A stretch of DNA of 64,000 nt from contig JAJECS010000025.1 of the NCBI GenBank assembly GCA_022821905.1, forward strand, positions 41,468 to 105,467, written 5' to 3'. The notes under the pieces were generated by a model. That model made no database searches. It saw only the letters and a list, made by a program, of their open reading frames with translations, and was not told the DNA's origin. Shown one piece after another: positions 47,388 through 56,919 of the stretch; positions within the stretch are counted from its first letter, which is position 1; the number at the start of each line of letters is the position of its first letter. Source of the stretch: Chloroflexota bacterium. Its GTDB lineage: Bacteria; Chloroflexota; UBA11872. Made by a program: the position numbers and the translations under genes.

Positions 47388-47454
47388 CTCAGTTGGATAG
47401 AGCGTGTGGTTGCGGACCACAAGGTCGGAGGTTCGAGTCCTCTCGGGGTCGCCA
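47378..47454 (+). tRNA. tRNA-Arg (anticodon GCG), CCA encoded
   Basis: GACCCCG-TA-GCTC-AGTTGGATA-GAGC-G-TGTGG-TTGCGGA-CCACA-AGGTC-GGAGG-TTCGAGT-CCTCT-CGGGGTC-G-CCA. Clean cloverleaf, 77 nt. Confidence 0.9.
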
Positions 47455-47488
47455 ACATGCCTGATACACCATCACGCCCGGGTTCCGC

Positions 47489-48460
47489 GTGAGCGAAACG
47501 TGCCGCCTCGGAGCCACGGGCATCACCGTGAGTCGTGTAGGCGTGGGCACCTGGCAGTGGGGCGACACGAAGTACTGGAAGTATGGCCGGGTGCACGGGC
47601 GCAAGGACGTCGAAGCCGCCTTTAGCGCCGCCCGCGACGCCGGGTGCACGCTGTTTGACACTGCGGAGCTCTACGGACGCGGCGAGTCGGAGCGGATCCT
47701 TGGCCCGTTGGCCCGTGCGTCGCGGGGAACGGTGGTGGCCACCAAGTATTGGCCGTCACCGCGGCGGTTGCGGGCCACTTCGGTCGATGACGCCATCGAT
47801 CGCAGCCTGGCGCGCCTCGGCGTCGACACAATCGATCTCTACCAGATCCACTGGCCGATGAGCCTGATTCCACACGGACGCCTGGCCGAGGCGCTGGCGC
47901 GCGCCGTCCGCGACCGGCGCGTTCGGGCGGTAGGCGTGAGCAACTTCACCGCCCGCGCCATGCGGCGGATGCACGCGCGCCTGGCCGATCTCGGCGTGCC
48001 GCTGGCGTCGAACCAAGTCGAGTTCAGCCTGCTCCGGCGCGCACCCGAATCCAACGGCGTGCTCAGAGCCTGCCAGGAGTTGAACGTGACGCTGCTGGCC
48101 TACAGCCCGCTGGCCCAGGGCATGCTCGCGGGCAACTACCACTTCGGCAGTCGTCCGGGCGACGGCCGGCGCTGGTCGCCGCGGTTTCGCGACAAGGGCT
48201 ACGAATCCGCGGGCCCCGTCGTCGACACGCTGATCAAGATGGCCGAACGGCACGACTGCGAACCGGCGCAGGTGGCGCTGGCCTGGCTGCTGCGGCACCC
48301 CGGCGTCGTGGTCATTCCCGGCGCCAAGTACGCGGAGCAGGCTCGCACCAACGCCGCTGCCGTGGAAGTCACGCTCACGCCCGACGACGAGCGCGAGCTC
48401 CACATCAAGACCGAGAAGTTCCGCTACGGGTCGCTGCTGGCGCGCCCGTTCATGGGCTAG
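47489..48460 (+). CDS. Aldo/keto reductase
   Basis: LGATGITVSRVGVGTWQWG...FDTAELYG...IDLYQIHWP...AYSPLAQG. Confidence 0.9.
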   Translation: MSETCRLGATGITVSRVGVGTWQWGDTKYWKYGRVHGRKDVEAAFSAARDAGCTLFDTAELYGRGESERILGPLARASRGTVVATKYWPSPRRLRATSVDDAIDRSLARLGVDTIDLYQIHWPMSLIPHGRLAEALARAVRDRRVRAVGVSNFTARAMRRMHARLADLGVPLASNQVEFSLLRRAPESNGVLRACQELNVTLLAYSPLAQGMLAGNYHFGSRPGDGRRWSPRFRDKGYESAGPVVDTLIKMAERHDCEPAQVALAWLLRHPGVVVIPGAKYAEQARTNAAAVEVTLTPDDERELHIKTEKFRYGSLLARPFMG

Positions 48461-48484
48461 CCGGAGTCTCGACCGCGGCGGCGG

Positions 48485-49252
48485 TTACTCCTCCGCCACG
48501 ACCGGATTGGACAGCACGCCGCATCCGTCCACGTGCACCTCGACCACGTCGCCCGGCTTGAGCGCGGTGGTGCTCTGAGGGGTGCCGGAGAAGATCACAT
48601 CGCCCGGCTCGAGCGTCATGTGCTGCGAGATGAAGCTCAGGGTCGTGTCGATGTCGTGGACCATGTCGTCCTTGGTGTTGGTTTCCTGCACCACCTCGCC
48701 GTTGACCAGGGTCTTGAGGCCGATGTCGCGATAGTTCAGCCCGGTGGTGATCCACGGTCCGAAGGGTGAGAAGGTGTCTCCGCCCTTGGCGCGCCACCAC
48801 TGCACGTCCTTGTCGTCGCCGTTTTGCCAGTCGCGCTCGCTGACGTCGTTGGCGGGGCAAATGCCCAGGATGTAGTTCGGGGCGTCATCGACCGACACCT
48901 TGCGCGCCTGCTTGCCGATGATGACGGCGATTTCGCCCTCGTAGTCGACGTTCACGCTTCCCGCCGGGATCACGATGTTGGCGCCCGGATCGATCACCGA
49001 CGACGGCGGGGCCAGGAAGGGCTGAGGCCGGGTGAAGGGCGGCGAGTCGCCCAGGTGGCTGTAGAAGTTCCCGGCAATGTTCAGGATCTTGCTCGGCATC
49101 GTCGGTGACTTGAGCTTGACGTCGCTGAGCGCCGCGACCGCGCCGGTGCGCTGCAGGTCGCCAAAGAAGTCGCCCGCGATCTCGGCGACGTTGTCGCCCT
49201 CGCGGATGCCGTGGCGGATTTCACCCTGATATTCGTAGCGAACGAGGTCCAT
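48485..49252 (-). CDS. Fumarylacetoacetate hydrolase (FAH) family protein
   Basis: YEGEIAVIIGK...NDVSERDWQ...GDTFSPFGP...LEPGDVIFSGTP. ATG at 49252 lies 9 nt after GAAAGG. Confidence 0.85.
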   Translation of the reverse strand: MDLVRYEYQGEIRHGIREGDNVAEIAGDFFGDLQRTGAVAALSDVKLKSPTMPSKILNIAGNFYSHLGDSPPFTRPQPFLAPPSSVIDPGANIVIPAGSVNVDYEGEIAVIIGKQARKVSVDDAPNYILGICPANDVSERDWQNGDDKDVQWWRAKGGDTFSPFGPWITTGLNYRDIGLKTLVNGEVVQETNTKDDMVHDIDTTLSFISQHMTLEPGDVIFSGTPQSTTALKPGDVVEVHVDGCGVLSNPVVAEE

Positions 49253-49324
49253 GAGCCGTGCCTTTCGCACATTGCGCTGCGTCCCGGGCAGGATACGCGC
49301 TTGCCGCCCGGCTTTGTCGTCGGG

Positions 49325-50278
49325 TCAGTCGCGCGGCAGGGCGTCCGCGCGTCGCAACGCGCCGAAGACTTCGAGCTGCTGGCGTTCCAGCTTCGTCCAA
49401 TAGGCCGCGAAATCAACGTCCGACCAGTCGCAGAAGCCGCGCCCGGTCTTGAGCCCCAGGTGCCCGTCAGCCGCCAGGTCGCGGAGCGAAGCGTGCGGCT
49501 CGGACGCGTTCGAAAGGTCGGGCCAGACGCGCTCGGCGCCCCGGGTCGTGATGTCAAGTCCGACGAGATCGCGGTCGCGAATCACGCCCATGAGCGGCAT
49601 GCGCGGCCCGAAGGAGAAGCCGGCGAGCTCGTCGATGTCCTCGGCGGAGATCACTCCGCGTTCCACCAGATCGAGCGCCTCGCGAAAGAGCGCCTGGCGC
49701 AGGCGGTTGGCCACCTGCCCCGGCAGGTCCACGTTGATGCGCACGGGGCGCAGGCCGGCGCCGCGAAGCAGGGCGAGCACCCGCGTGACCGTGGCCTCGG
49801 AAGTCTGCTCGCCCTTGGTGACCTCGACCATGGGGATTATGTAGGCGGGGCGGAAAAAGTGCGTGGTGGTGAAACGGTCGGGGCGGTCGGTGGCGTCGGC
49901 GAGGACGCGGATCGGAATGCTGGAGGTGTTGGTCGCCAGGATCGTCTCGGGCCGCAGGTGCGGCGCCAGATTGCCGTAGACCTCGCGCTTGATCTCGGCG
50001 TCTTCGGCCACCGCTTCGATGATGAGGTCGGCGGGCGCCAGGGCGGCGAGATCGGTTGAGACGCTGATGCGCGGGAGCACGGCGTCGGCCGCGGCGCCGT
50101 CCAGCCACTCGTACTCGACGAGCAGATCGAGGTTCTGACGAATCTTGGCGCGGGCGCGGTCGAAGGCCGTCGGGTCTTGATCGACCATGACCACCGGGTG
50201 CCCGGCAGCGGCGAACACCTGGGCAATGCCGTGGCCCATGAGGCCGGCGCCCAGGACGCCAATCGTTTCCGCACTCAT
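49325..50278 (-). CDS. 3-hydroxyacyl-CoA dehydrogenase family protein
   Basis: IGVLGAGLMGHGIAQVFAAAGHPVVMVD...NTSSIPI...HFFRPAYIIPMVEV. Confidence 0.85.
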   Translation of the reverse strand: MSAETIGVLGAGLMGHGIAQVFAAAGHPVVMVDQDPTAFDRARAKIRQNLDLLVEYEWLDGAAADAVLPRISVSTDLAALAPADLIIEAVAEDAEIKREVYGNLAPHLRPETILATNTSSIPIRVLADATDRPDRFTTTHFFRPAYIIPMVEVTKGEQTSEATVTRVLALLRGAGLRPVRINVDLPGQVANRLRQALFREALDLVERGVISAEDIDELAGFSFGPRMPLMGVIRDRDLVGLDITTRGAERVWPDLSNASEPHASLRDLAADGHLGLKTGRGFCDWSDVDFAAYWTKLERQQLEVFGALRRADALPRD

Positions 50279-50340
50279 TCGGCAAGTCCGCTCGCTGCGA
50301 TTGCGCGCGCCATGCTACTAGAGCGACAGCCGCTCGTGGC

Positions 50341-51189
50341 TCACCTCGTCGCCCCGGCGGGCGTCGAATACTCGGCGATGAACTGCCGCAGCATGGGGAT
50401 GGCGGCGGCGATGTCGGCCTGCTCGTCGCCCTGGCCCTCGTACACCAGGCTCACCCAGCCGTTGTAGGCCACGCCTTGCAGCGCGCGGAAGATGCGTTCG
50501 TAGTCGAGGCTCGTCTCACGGCCGTCGCGCATCTCGTAGATCTTGGCGCGCACGTGGGTGGCGAGCGGGGCGGTCTGCTCGATGCTGGCGAGATAGTCGT
50601 AGGCAGCGCGGTCGGGGTCGTCGGCATAGCCGCTGGCGCCGGGCGACCCGGCGTATTGTCCGCAGTCCAGCACGTGTCCGATATTCCGATGGCCCACGTC
50701 CCGCAGCATGCGCTCGACATCCTCGCCCGTGCGCGCGATCTGCCGGTGATTGTGGTTTTGCAGGCTCACCCGCACGCCCAGCTCAGCGCCGAATGCCGCC
50801 GACTGCCGCAATGCCGCGACGCAGCGTGACCACCCGGCCGACTCGTCGCCAGGCTCGGCCGTTCCGGCGAATACCCGCACCTGCGGCGCCTTCAGCCGCG
50901 CCGCCGCGCGGATCCAGCGATGGGTCATGGCGATCTGCGCGTGCAAGTCGCCTGCCGGACCGGCGTAGGTGTTGCCAATCGAGACGCAGGGGATTGAGAG
51001 CCCGCGGTCGAGACACGCGCGAGCGACGTCGTCGAGCACGCGGTGGTCGTCCGACGGAAGCCCAAGCGCGTGCAGGTCCACGCCGTCGAAGCCGAGGTCT
51101 CGCGCCACGTCGAGGAACGACCAGACGTCCATCGCACCCGCCGCGAAGGCGCGCTTGAACGAAAGCGAGAGCAGACAGAGTTTCATCAT
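50341..51189 (-). CDS. Sugar phosphate isomerase/epimerase (xylose-isomerase-like TIM barrel)
   Basis: 282 aa. GFDGVDLH, VSLQNHN and VSLVYEGQGDE patterns. Confidence 0.75.
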   Translation of the reverse strand: MMKLCLLSLSFKRAFAAGAMDVWSFLDVARDLGFDGVDLHALGLPSDDHRVLDDVARACLDRGLSIPCVSIGNTYAGPAGDLHAQIAMTHRWIRAAARLKAPQVRVFAGTAEPGDESAGWSRCVAALRQSAAFGAELGVRVSLQNHNHRQIARTGEDVERMLRDVGHRNIGHVLDCGQYAGSPGASGYADDPDRAAYDYLASIEQTAPLATHVRAKIYEMRDGRETSLDYERIFRALQGVAYNGWVSLVYEGQGDEQADIAAAIPMLRQFIAEYSTPAGATR

Positions 51190-51258
51190 CGCGTTATCGC
51201 CTCTCTTGGTGGAGTGCCTCCCGCGTCGCGAAGTCCGGCGGAGATTGGGGCGGTTCGC

Positions 51259-53256
51259 TCATCCGGGAAGCGGCACGCCGACGATCCGCACGTTCGAAAA
51301 CACCACGTAGTCGCGACCCGGATCGACCAATCCCGTGCAACCGAGCGAGAGCCCTGGGTACGCGTAGGCCAGGCCGTCTTCGACGTATCGTTCCTCGTCG
51401 TCGACCAATAGCTGAACCGTTCTGGCGTCATATACGAGAACCACCGTATACGGTGCTGAGCCCGCCGGAATTGCCACGTTCTCGTCCGAGGCGACGACCT
51501 CGAGGTGGCCGTCGGTCACTCGGACCCAGGTGAACAGCGACCGTTCGCCGTTCCAGGTATGGGGCCCGAGGTACAGCGTGTCGCGGCTCTGAAATCCCTC
51601 GTCGAAGAAGTCGTTGAAGGTGATCACCGCCGCGGCGTCCCCAAACGTCTCGATCGTGGTGCGTACGGCGAAGTTGAGGCTCGCGGTCTGCAGGTTGGAT
51701 CCGCCGAAACCGTCGCAGCGGACCCGTTCGCCCCTGAACAGCAGCTCGGGTTCACCTGGAGGCGGGATTTCCGGCGGCGCTTCGCCCACGCGAATCTCTT
51801 CGAGCCATGCCGCGACCATTGCGCGCACTTCGGAACCGGGAATGACGAAGTTCGTGTTCTGGAGGTCGGTAAATCCGGCCACGGTTACGCCGATGACTCT
51901 CGCCTCGGGTGTCGCGACTGGACCGCCGCTGCTCCCAGGGTTCAGCGCGGCGTCGGTTTGGAGATAGCCGATCCCTTCGTTGACCACGCGGTTGGACAGG
52001 ACGCCGGTCGTCACCGTCGGCAAGGGCGGACAGTTGGAGCCGCGCTGGACCAGCGTCACGCTGTAGCCGAGCGCCACCAGCTCGTCACCGACCTGCAGGC
52101 TGTCGGAGTCGCCCCAGATCACTGGGACGTGACCGTCGTCCGGGACCTTCAGCAGGGCAATATCGCGACCGGCGTCACCCGCAACAATCTCCGCCTCCGC
52201 GATGTAGCCCCCCGGGCTCGACACGACGACGCCCACGGCGTCTTGAACCACGTGCCAGTTCGTGACGGCATAGCCGTCGGCGGTGACGAAGAATGCCGAC
52301 CCGCAGCCCTTGTCGGTCTGCACGCGCAGCAGGGACAGCCGAAGGAACTCCGCCGCGTCGGCCACCGTTGGTCCGCGGGGTCCGCGGCGACTCTCGAATC
52401 CGATTTCAAGAGGATCGCCGGACCTCAGCGGTGGTTCGGGGGCAAAGGCCAGATACTGCCGCCAGACGCCGTAGGGATATCTGCTATCGCGCACGGTGTC
52501 CCCGAGCAAGCGCAGCTTGACGGGCGATCCCGGCGACTCCGGGTGATATTCGAGCACCGCCGCCTGGAAGTACTGGCGAATGCGGTCGTCGCGCGGCCGG
52601 GTGGGGTCGTGCAGCACGGCCTGCGGGTGATCGTCGCGCCGAGCGTCGGTCTTGGGGAAGCCAAATGACTCGACGCCGCCGAGCCGGTTGAAGAAGTCGG
52701 CGAAGCCGGTCTCAACCGCTTCGACGGACAGGTCCGAGACCTTGTGGCCCCACGGTCCGATCACCTCGCCAGGGTGGGGATTGGTGAAATCCGGCTCGAC
52801 GCCCTGATCCTCCGAACCGCCCAGCCCGCCGCCCAGGTAGTCCCACGCGAGGCGGCGGAGGAACGTGTGGGCGCCGCCGCCCGGCGGCGGCCGCCAGTCC
52901 ACCACGCCGCGTTGGTAAAACTGCGTCAGCGTGCCGGGCGTCTCTTCGAAGATCGCCGAGGTTGGGAACCCCCAGCGCTCCACACCGCCGGTTCGCTCGA
53001 AGTGCTGGAGGAAGTTGGCCGCAAATTCGGCACCGTCTGCAAATGTGCCAACGACATCGGCGACGTTGTGTTCGAGTTGCGGAAAGTACGCGGTGGCGAC
53101 AACCTCCGCGGTCGCGAACCCAGGTTCGGTGGCGCGGGCGAGCGACGGCACGGCAACTGACGCCGCTACCAGCGCCAGTGCGACCAAGCGCGCGAGGGGC
53201 TTTGCTACACGAACCAATGATGAGACCACCGGATGCTCAGTCACGCCGCCACCCAT
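51259..53256 (-). CDS. Secreted multidomain trypsin-like serine protease (S1C/HtrA-like catalytic domain, no PDZ seen)
   Basis: GSAFFVTADGYAVTNWHVV...RDIALLKV...TDAALNPGSSGGPV catalytic triad context. Signal-like AKPLARLVALALVAASVAVPSLARA. Start is uncertain (53217..53319). Confidence 0.75.
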   Translation of the reverse strand: MGGGVTEHPVVSSLVRVAKPLARLVALALVAASVAVPSLARATEPGFATAEVVATAYFPQLEHNVADVVGTFADGAEFAANFLQHFERTGGVERWGFPTSAIFEETPGTLTQFYQRGVVDWRPPPGGGAHTFLRRLAWDYLGGGLGGSEDQGVEPDFTNPHPGEVIGPWGHKVSDLSVEAVETGFADFFNRLGGVESFGFPKTDARRDDHPQAVLHDPTRPRDDRIRQYFQAAVLEYHPESPGSPVKLRLLGDTVRDSRYPYGVWRQYLAFAPEPPLRSGDPLEIGFESRRGPRGPTVADAAEFLRLSLLRVQTDKGCGSAFFVTADGYAVTNWHVVQDAVGVVVSSPGGYIAEAEIVAGDAGRDIALLKVPDDGHVPVIWGDSDSLQVGDELVALGYSVTLVQRGSNCPPLPTVTTGVLSNRVVNEGIGYLQTDAALNPGSSGGPVATPEARVIGVTVAGFTDLQNTNFVIPGSEVRAMVAAWLEEIRVGEAPPEIPPPGEPELLFRGERVRCDGFGGSNLQTASLNFAVRTTIETFGDAAAVITFNDFFDEGFQSRDTLYLGPHTWNGERSLFTWVRVTDGHLEVVASDENVAIPAGSAPYTVVLVYDARTVQLLVDDEERYVEDGLAYAYPGLSLGCTGLVDPGRDYVVFSNVRIVGVPLPG

Positions 53257-53368
53257 GCCGCATGAGCGCTTCGACAAGCATGGCCCTGGCCAATGGAGCT
53301 GTCCACCGCCAACGCCCATGTCGAAGTCGGGGCGCCGGCGTGTCGGCCGGTGGCGCCGCCGGTGCGGC

Positions 53369-53640
53369 TCAGTCTGCCGCCGCCGCGGGCGTTGAGAATT
53401 CGGCGATGGACCGGCGGAGCATGGGGATGGCGGCGGCGATGTCGGCCTGCTCGTCGCCCTGGCCTTCGTACACCAGGCTCACCCAGCCGTTGTAGGCCAC
53501 CGCCCGCAGCGCGCGGAAGATGCGCTCGTAGTCCAGGCTGGTTTCGCGACCGTCGCGCATCTCGTAGATCTTGGCGCGCACGTGGGTGGCCAGGGCAGCG
53601 GTGTGCTCGATGCTGGCCAGATAGTCGTAGTCGCCGCGGT
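53369..53640 (-). pseudogene. C-terminal fragment of a second xylose-isomerase-like TIM-barrel gene (paralog of 50341..51189)
   Basis: DYDYLASIEHTAALATHVRAKIYEMRDGRETSLDYERIFRALRAVAYNGWVSLVYEGQGDEQADIAAAIPML aligns with the C-terminus of 50341..51189. No N-terminal part is present. Confidence 0.75.
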
Positions 53641-53705
53641 TGACCAGGGGCACCGCCAAGCGAACCTCAACAGATCAGCGCACCGTTAATAGCTGGAGGA
53701 TTTGA

Positions 53706-54254
53706 CTATGCACGCCTCCATTCATGCTCCGCCCCACGCCATTGAATAGTCCCATTGTTGCAGTGGGAGATGCCACGACTGTATCTATATTCAGTGACCC
53801 GTTCACCGTTTACCATAACTTCTCTTTGTGAATTCGGTCCCCACCAATCATCGTACCACTCCTGATCGTGCGCGTATGTTTTCCCATCCCGCGTGCAAGA
53901 ATTGCTAGATTCCGTCTCGGGTTCACCTTGGTTACCCGCTGGCGGAGTTTCACCGTCGTTTCCCTGTTCTGACCCGTCTGGTGAGTCTTCACTCCCTGCT
54001 GGTTGTTGCTGCTGAAGACTCAAATGCGCTTCTAGTTGCGCAACCCGTTTTTCTAAAGCACTGATCTTTGCTGCGTTGTCTCCGGTCCAATCCCAGTTTT
54101 CTATAAGGGTCTCACGTACTTCAACTGAAAAGGTCTGCGCCCACTTTTCGATATCGCCATCCTTGAATTCAGTTACTTCACCTTTGCCTGCGATTGTTGC
54201 AGCAGATACTGCAATAACAAGAAGTGCAATCAGGGCTATAGGAATCGCACGCAT
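53706..54254 (-). CDS. Orphan membrane-anchored protein in a low-GC insert
   Basis: GC drops over about 53660..54420. N-terminal TM segment MRAIPIALIALLVIAVSAATIA, a coiled-coil-like segment, a Q/E/G/P-rich linker and a Cys/Trp-containing C-domain. No family recognised. Confidence 0.55.
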   Translation of the reverse strand: MRAIPIALIALLVIAVSAATIAGKGEVTEFKDGDIEKWAQTFSVEVRETLIENWDWTGDNAAKISALEKRVAQLEAHLSLQQQQPAGSEDSPDGSEQGNDGETPPAGNQGEPETESSNSCTRDGKTYAHDQEWYDDWWGPNSQREVMVNGERVTEYRYSRGISHCNNGTIQWRGAEHEWRRA

Positions 54255-54421
54255 CCGTCAGCCTTTCTTTGCGTGGGAAATGCGCCACCATCGGCTTCGT
54301 CTGCAAACCGACGGAATCACGTCGTCGCCACAGGGGTTTCCCGACGATCACATAGAACCGCCAGGACGTGAACGGTGCACGGACACCGCCCCCACCAGGG
54401 CGCTACAAGGTTAACAGTCCG

Positions 54422-54949
54422 CTAGGAGCGCGCAACACCTGTAAACAAGCTGGGTGCAGACAGGGGGTTAGTCCCCGGGACCTTGTGGCCCCAGGGACCG
54501 ATAGTCTCGCCCGGGTTGGGATTGGTGAGATCCGGCTCGACGCCCTGGTCCTCCGCACCGCCCAATCCGCCGCCGACGTAGTCCCGCGCGAGACGACGGA
54601 GAAAAATGTGAGCGCCGCCTTCGGGCGGAGACCGCCAGTCCACCACGCCGCGCTGGTAGTACGGCGTGAGCGTGCCGGAAGTGTCCTCGAAGACGGACGA
54701 GGTCGGAAAGCCCCAGCGCTCCAGGCCTCCGGTTCGCTCGAAATGCCGCAGGAAGGGCGCCCGATAGGGTGCGCCGTCGGCGAACGCGCTTGTGACATCG
54801 GCCACGTTGTGCTCGAACTCCGGGAAGAATGCGGCGGCGGAGATCTGCGCGGTCGCAAATCCAGATTCAGCCGCGAACACCGGCGACGGCGCGGCCCAGG
54901 CGGCGGCGGGGACGGGCAACACGAGGATCCGCGCCAGGGGCTTCACCAC
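54422..54949 (-). pseudogene. N-terminal about 175-aa fragment of a paralog of protease 51259..53256
   Basis: MVKPLARILV...FFPEFEHNVADV...FERTGGLERWGFPTS...YYQRGVVDWRSPPEGGAHIFLRRLARDYVGGGLGGAEDQGVEPDLTNPNPGETIGPWGHKV parallels the protease N-terminus and then diverges and stops. No catalytic domain. Confidence 0.65.
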
Positions 54950-55158
54950 GACCGCCCGCGAGACATCGACCGGACCCGGGATAGCGCAGCTTCTCGGGGG
55001 CAGCGAGGTCGCCGTCTAACATGGCGCGGCGGGTCCACGCTGTCGAGGAGCGCCGCGCCGCGTGGGAAAACGCGCCCTGGCGAGAATTCGGTGAGAATGC
55101 GTCGCCACCGCAGTTGCCGGAACCGCCCGGCAAGGGCACTCACTATGCGCGACCGAGC

Positions 55159-56904
55159 ATGACCAACAAAGACGCGGCCGACCTGCTGGAAGCGTTCGCG
55201 GACGTGCTGGAGCTTCGCGGCGCCAATCAGTTTCGCGTGCGGGCGTTTCGCACCGCCTCGCGGCGGGTGGACGGGCTGACCGTCGACCTGGGCGAGCTGG
55301 TGGCGAGCGACTCGCTGGAGTCGGTGCCGGGTATTGGCAAGGGCATCGCGGGTTTCCTGCGCGAGTTGGTGACCACGGGAGGTGTCGCGGAATACGAGGA
55401 GTTGCGAGCCGAGATTCCGCCCGGCGTCTTCGAGATGTTGCGAGTGCCGGGCCTGGGTCCGAAGACCGCGGCCACGCTCTACTCCAAACTGCAGATCACG
55501 AGCATCGACGATCTGGAGGCGGCGGCTCAGGCGAACGAGCTAGCAAAGGTGCGCAGCATCGGCGCCAAGCGGCAGGAACGTCTCCTGCGCGAACTGCAAC
55601 GGTTTCGTGAACGCACGGCGCGGCACCTGCTGGGCGACGTGCTGCCTCTGGCGGAGCATCTGGCGGCCCATGTGCGGCAGGCGCCCGGCGTTGCCGAGGC
55701 GACCTACGCCGGCAGCCTGCGGCGAATGCGCGAGACCATCGGCGACCTGGACATCCTGGCCGCCGCGGACGACCCGGATCCGGTGATGCGCCACTTCCTC
55801 GACCACGAGGCCGTTGACGAAGTGCTGGCATCGGGCTCGACCAAGTCAAGTGTGCTGGTGGCCAACAATCTCCAGGTCGATCTGCTGGTGGTGCCTACCG
55901 CCAGCTACGGAGCGGCGCTGGTGTATTTCACCGGGTCCAAGGAGCACAACATCGAGTTGCGGCACCGGGCGCTCGCCCTGGGCCTGTCGCTCAACGAGTG
56001 GGGCCTGGATGAGACCGAGGCGCAGGTGCGCCGGCCCGCGCCCAGCGAGGCCGACGTCTATGCGGCGCTGGGGCTGCCGGTGATTCCTCCCGAGTTGCGG
56101 GAGAGCCGCGGCGAGATCGCCGCCGCCGCCGATGGCGCGCTCCCCGACCTGATCGAGCTGTCCGACATTCGCGGCGAGATTCACGGTCATTCGCTCTGGA
56201 GCGACGGCGCGGCCTCGGTCGCCGGCATGGCCGAGGCGGCGCAGGCCGCAGGCTACGAGTACGTCGGCATCACCGATCATTCGGGCACCTTGCAGGTCGC
56301 CAACGGCCTGTCGCCGGAGCGGATCAGCGCGCAGCGGGACGAAATCGAGCAGGCGAGGGCCGAATTTCCCCAGATCCGGGTGCTGCACGGCAGCGAGGTT
56401 GAGATTCTGAGCGACGGCGCCCTCGACTACGACGACGCCCTGCTCGCCGACCTTGATGTCGTGGTGGCCTCGATCCACAGCAACTTCAACCAGCCGCGCG
56501 AAACCATGACCGCGCGGTTGATCGCGGCCATCCGCAATCCGCACGTGGACGTGATCGGGCATCCCACCGGGCGCATGCTCGGCTACCGCGACGGCTACGA
56601 GTTCGACGTGGACGCCGTGTTTACGGCCGCCGCCGAAACCGGGACGGCCATGGAGATCAACGCCTCGCCGGAGCGCCTGGACCTTGACGACGTGGTGGCC
56701 CGCCGCGCCAAGGAGCTGGGAGTGCCCCTCGCCATCAACTCCGACGCGCACCGCCCCGAGAGCATGGCCTACATGCGCTACGGCGTTGCCACTGCTCGCC
56801 GCGCGTGGCTCACCGCCGGCGACGTGCTCAACACCATGACGCCGAAGGCATTAGCGGCGTGGCTGGCCCAACCGAAGCCGCGGCGCTGGTCGCCGCATCG
56901 CTAG
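55159..56904 (+). CDS. polX: Family X DNA polymerase with C-terminal PHP domain
   Basis: MTNKDAADLLEAFADVLELRGANQFRVRAFRTASRRV..., HhH GIGKGIA and GLGPKTA motifs, and the PHP HGHSLWSDG...ITDH... motif. Confidence 0.9.
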   Translation: MTNKDAADLLEAFADVLELRGANQFRVRAFRTASRRVDGLTVDLGELVASDSLESVPGIGKGIAGFLRELVTTGGVAEYEELRAEIPPGVFEMLRVPGLGPKTAATLYSKLQITSIDDLEAAAQANELAKVRSIGAKRQERLLRELQRFRERTARHLLGDVLPLAEHLAAHVRQAPGVAEATYAGSLRRMRETIGDLDILAAADDPDPVMRHFLDHEAVDEVLASGSTKSSVLVANNLQVDLLVVPTASYGAALVYFTGSKEHNIELRHRALALGLSLNEWGLDETEAQVRRPAPSEADVYAALGLPVIPPELRESRGEIAAAADGALPDLIELSDIRGEIHGHSLWSDGAASVAGMAEAAQAAGYEYVGITDHSGTLQVANGLSPERISAQRDEIEQARAEFPQIRVLHGSEVEILSDGALDYDDALLADLDVVVASIHSNFNQPRETMTARLIAAIRNPHVDVIGHPTGRMLGYRDGYEFDVDAVFTAAAETGTAMEINASPERLDLDDVVARRAKELGVPLAINSDAHRPESMAYMRYGVATARRAWLTAGDVLNTMTPKALAAWLAQPKPRRWSPHR

Positions 56905-56919
56905 GACGGACCGCGTCGG

